The notes under the pieces: model-generated
Seen by the model: only the letters and a program-made list of their open reading frames with translations
Databases searched by the model: none
What the model was told of the DNA's origin: nothing
Origin: Chara braunii
Taxonomy: Eukaryota; Plantae; Charophyceae
Length of the DNA stretch: 53,973 nucleotides
Assembly: GCA_003427395.1 (NCBI GenBank)
Contig: BFEA01000036.1
Span: 965,187 to 1,019,159, forward strand
Reading direction: 5' to 3'
Made by a program: the position numbers and the translations under genes
In this document: positions 50,982-53,973 of the stretch, one piece after another
Position numbering within the stretch: the first letter of the stretch is position 1
Layout: each line of letters starts with the position of its first letter

Positions 50982-51325
50982 TGTACGAATAAGCGTGTAG
51001 TTGTTCCAGCAAACGGCAACGTTTTTCTTTAGAGATCACTATGCATTAACAACCTTGATTCAATGTGTAGGATAGGTGGGAGGTGGTTATCAGTGACTAC
51101 CAAGCTTGAAATATCACTTTTTCATCTAAGGGTGTTTAACTGCCCAAACAATTGGTTTGGTATAACCTTGCATGGTGGGTAGTTTATCTGGGGCGGATGC
51201 CTTATCTGGGGCGCTTACACAGTAATGTTAAAGGCAAATCTGGCTATATGCTGAAACCTCCGCCGAGTATCCAATAATGAATGCGTAGGTGCGGACAATC
51301 AGTAGGGAAGGAAGTCTAAGACCGT

Positions 51326-51864
51326 ATTTGCCTGAGCATTACATCCAAATTCCTTGCCAATTTTAAAATAAAAATAAATTACAAAAAATAAATACTAATA
51401 ACAAAAATAACAAACAATAAAAAAAGAATTAAATTTACTGAGTTCGCGAGCACGTTCTCGACACCTCCGCCGAGCACGTTTTCGACACCGCCATCTTTGG
51501 CCATTTTTTGGCAAAACACACTAGAAAAGTTTCAAAAAATAATAGTTTAGACCCCGAACCAAAGTGAAAACAAAAAGTAAAAAGTGAAAAAAAACGTGGG
51601 CAAGCACGTTTTGACACCTTCATCTTTGGCGCTTTTTAATTCTTATTTGGCTGAGCCCAATGACTTGAACATTTACAGGCGTATACCTCATGTCATAGAG
51701 AGCTCACAAAAACAAATTCAGAAAAAAAAAGTATTTTTAGGCCCCGAAATACATTTTTGGAAGGGGCCGAACGCGGTCGGGTTCGGACCCCGTACGGGAC
51801 CCCGAACGCCCATACGTACGGAGGTCTGCCCAGGGACCTCTGTACATACGGGCTGGTAACCCTG
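51326..51864. mobile_element. Truncated arm of the foldback element family
   Basis: Colinear with ~143-720; ends GGGCTGGTAACCCTG followed by (TA)n. Confidence 0.8.
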
Positions 51865-51972
51865 TATATATATATATATATATACATCAATCATACTTCG
51901 TTGAACTCCAATTTGTTTTTTGTTTTCGTACGGAAGTACCGAAGTATGATATATATATATATATATGGAAAG

Positions 51973-52046
51973 CGGTGTTTGCCAAACCCGAACGCCCAAA
52001 TGTACAGAATCCCTCGGGGATGCATTCGTCCGTTCGGGTCGAACGG

Positions 52047-52105
<59 letters not shown>

Positions 52106-52534
52106 AAAAATAAACAAAAACAAAATTATGTTATGAAAACTAAAATGAATAACATTTGCCCGAGCATTACATCAAAATTGCGTACAAATTTAACATTTTG
52201 AAATAAAAATAAAATACAAAAACATGACCAATAATAAAAATAAGATCAAAACAAAAGATGCATAAAACAGTGAGTGAGCGACCACGTTTTCGAAACCGGC
52301 ATCTTTGGAGATTTTTCATTATTTTATGGCAGATCCGCATAACGTAAAAATTTGAAGAGGTGTACTTTATATAATACAATACGCATCAAAAAAGTTTGAT
52401 AAAATAATAAAATTTTTCATGGCCCGCAATAAAGTGAAAAAAAAAACAATAGACAACTTAAAAAAAAAAAAAAAATAGAGAAAGAAAATTTTTTATTTTG
52501 GGGCCACGAAATAATGTACAGGCTGGTGATCCTG
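51973..52534. mobile_element. Older diverged member of the same DNA-element family
   Basis: Matches 1-420 loosely (GGGATGCATTCGTCCGTTCGGG, ATTTGCCCGAGCATTACATC); ends GTACAGGCTGGTGATCCTG. Confidence 0.65.
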
Positions 52535-52807
52535 TTCCTGCTACGTTTTTTTCGGGTCAGGTCGAGCGGCAGTGGTCGGGGCCGTTACTAGGTGGCCATG
52601 CTGTGCCTCTAGTGCCAAGGCGTGTCTGGAGTGTATTTTTTTGCTGTGACAGACCTTTCTTTGTTTCGTGGATGTTTTGCTGGCTTGTGATGGGGTGTGA
52701 ACTAACAGTCTGCAGGGTTTTCCATCTGGTATGGGTGAGTGATAGTCTACTTCGATTTTGGTTAAGATAGATTATCATTTACAGTGTAATCAGTGAGGGG
52801 ATTCTGC

Positions 52808-52863
52808 AGACTGTTTAGGGTTCAGCCTCCTGATGAGTCGGTGAAACTCCGACGAAACAGTTT
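52808..52863 (+). ncRNA. Type III hammerhead ribozyme motif with intact catalytic core, within a ~400-bp repeat (52535-52936)
   Basis: CUGAUGA 52830-36; stem II GUCGG/CCGAC with loop UGAAACU; GAAA 52854-57; stem III AGACUGU/ACAGUUU (7 bp); predicted cleavage after GUU (U52815). Stem I is weak (AGG/CCU with a U-C mismatch at its base). Confidence 0.75.
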
Positions 52864-52961
52864 CTCACAGCCCCTCATTTGTTGTCCTCTTCTCTCTCTC
52901 TGCCTACGGTTTACCGGGCAGCTCTGTTTGTGACAATATATATATTATATATATATATATA

Positions 52962-53973
52962 TAGGGTCACCAGCCCGTACAGAGGTCCACGGGCGTTCGA
53001 GGTCCCGTACGGGGTCCGAACCTGACGGCGTTCGGCCCACGCCAAAAATTATTTTAGGGACTAAAAATAATTATTTTTTTCTGAATTTTGTTTTGTGAGT
53101 TCTCTATGACGTCCGGTACAGATCTGTTCATTTTCAAGTCATTTGGATAAGCCAAATAAGAATTAGAAATTGCCAAAGATGGCGGTGTCAAAACGTGCTC
53201 GCCCACGTATTGTTTCACTTTTTACTTTTTGTTTTCACTTTAGTTCGGGGTCTGAACAATTTTATTATCTTTTGAAACTTTTTTAGTGGGTTTCGTATTA
53301 TGTGAAGTACACATCTGTAAATTTTCAGGGCATTTAGTTGTGCCAAACTAAAATTAAAAATCGCCAAAGATGGCGGTGTCGAAAATATACTCGTGCACTC
53401 ACTAAATTTAATTCTCTTTTTATTTTTATTTATTTTTATTGTTAGTATTTTTTTCCGTATTTTATTTTCATTTCAAATTTGGTAAGGAATTCGGATATAA
53501 TGCTTACGCAAATCTAGTTTAATTTATTTTTCTCCATAACATATCTTTTTTTCAGATCTTTTTGATGACCTTTTTTTTTTTTTTTCTTTTCTTTTTGAGT
53601 CCGCGTTCGGCCCGAACGGCCGAACGCATCCCCAAGGGGTCCCATACATTCGGGCGTTCGGGTTCGGGGGTTCGGCCCGTCCCGAACGCCGGTTATAGGG
53701 CCGTTCGGGCCGAACGCGGACCCAAAAAAAAAAAGAACAAAAGTCATCAAAAAAATCTGAAAAAATGATATGTTGTGGATAAAAATAAATTAAACAAGAT
53801 TTGCCTGAGCATTACATCCGAATTCCTTACCAAATTTGAAATCAAAATAAAATACGGAAAAAAAATACTAATAATAAGAATAAATAAAAATAAAAAAAGA
53901 ATTAAATTTAGTGAGTGCGCGAGCATGTTTTCGACACCGCCGTCTTTGGCGATTTTTTTTTTTTTTTTTTTGG
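52962..53973. mobile_element. Foldback element: ~660-bp arm, ~75-bp spacer, inverted arm running off the window
   Basis: Starts TAGGGTCACCAGCCC after (TA)n. 53698-53955 is the reverse complement of ~53360-53621. Confidence 0.85.

Overview
Repeat-rich eukaryotic (green-plant lineage) nuclear scaffold with six N-gaps. The long introns and the early-diverging-type nad7 sequence suggest a streptophyte alga such as Chara, but that is inference. The one intact protein gene is a 10-exon plastid-type glucose-6-phosphate dehydrogenase (+ strand, ATG 13867 to TAG 41587, 1992 nt, 663 aa by my splice model). All introns are GT-AG and the phases close, including a transit-peptide-like first exon 9.7 kb upstream of exon 2. 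Around and inside the gene lie: a decayed Ty3/Gypsy element (850-5760, -); a long-inverted-repeat (foldback) DNA element family at both window ends; hAT-like MITEs with 8-bp TSDs; a ~105-bp TA-flanked hairpin MITE family; tRNA-like repeats; many micro/minisatellites; and a mosaic mitochondrial insertion (nad7, atp6). The most interesting non-coding signals are two. First, a family of hammerhead-ribozyme-bearing repeats: one intergenic copy has an intact catalytic core inside a self-sequestering fold, and three core-mutated copies lie in the sense strand of G6PD intron 1. Second, three near-full-length U6 snRNA retrocopies, all antisense inside G6PD introns. A Nextera mate-pair junction adapter at 41673-41710 is an assembly artefact.
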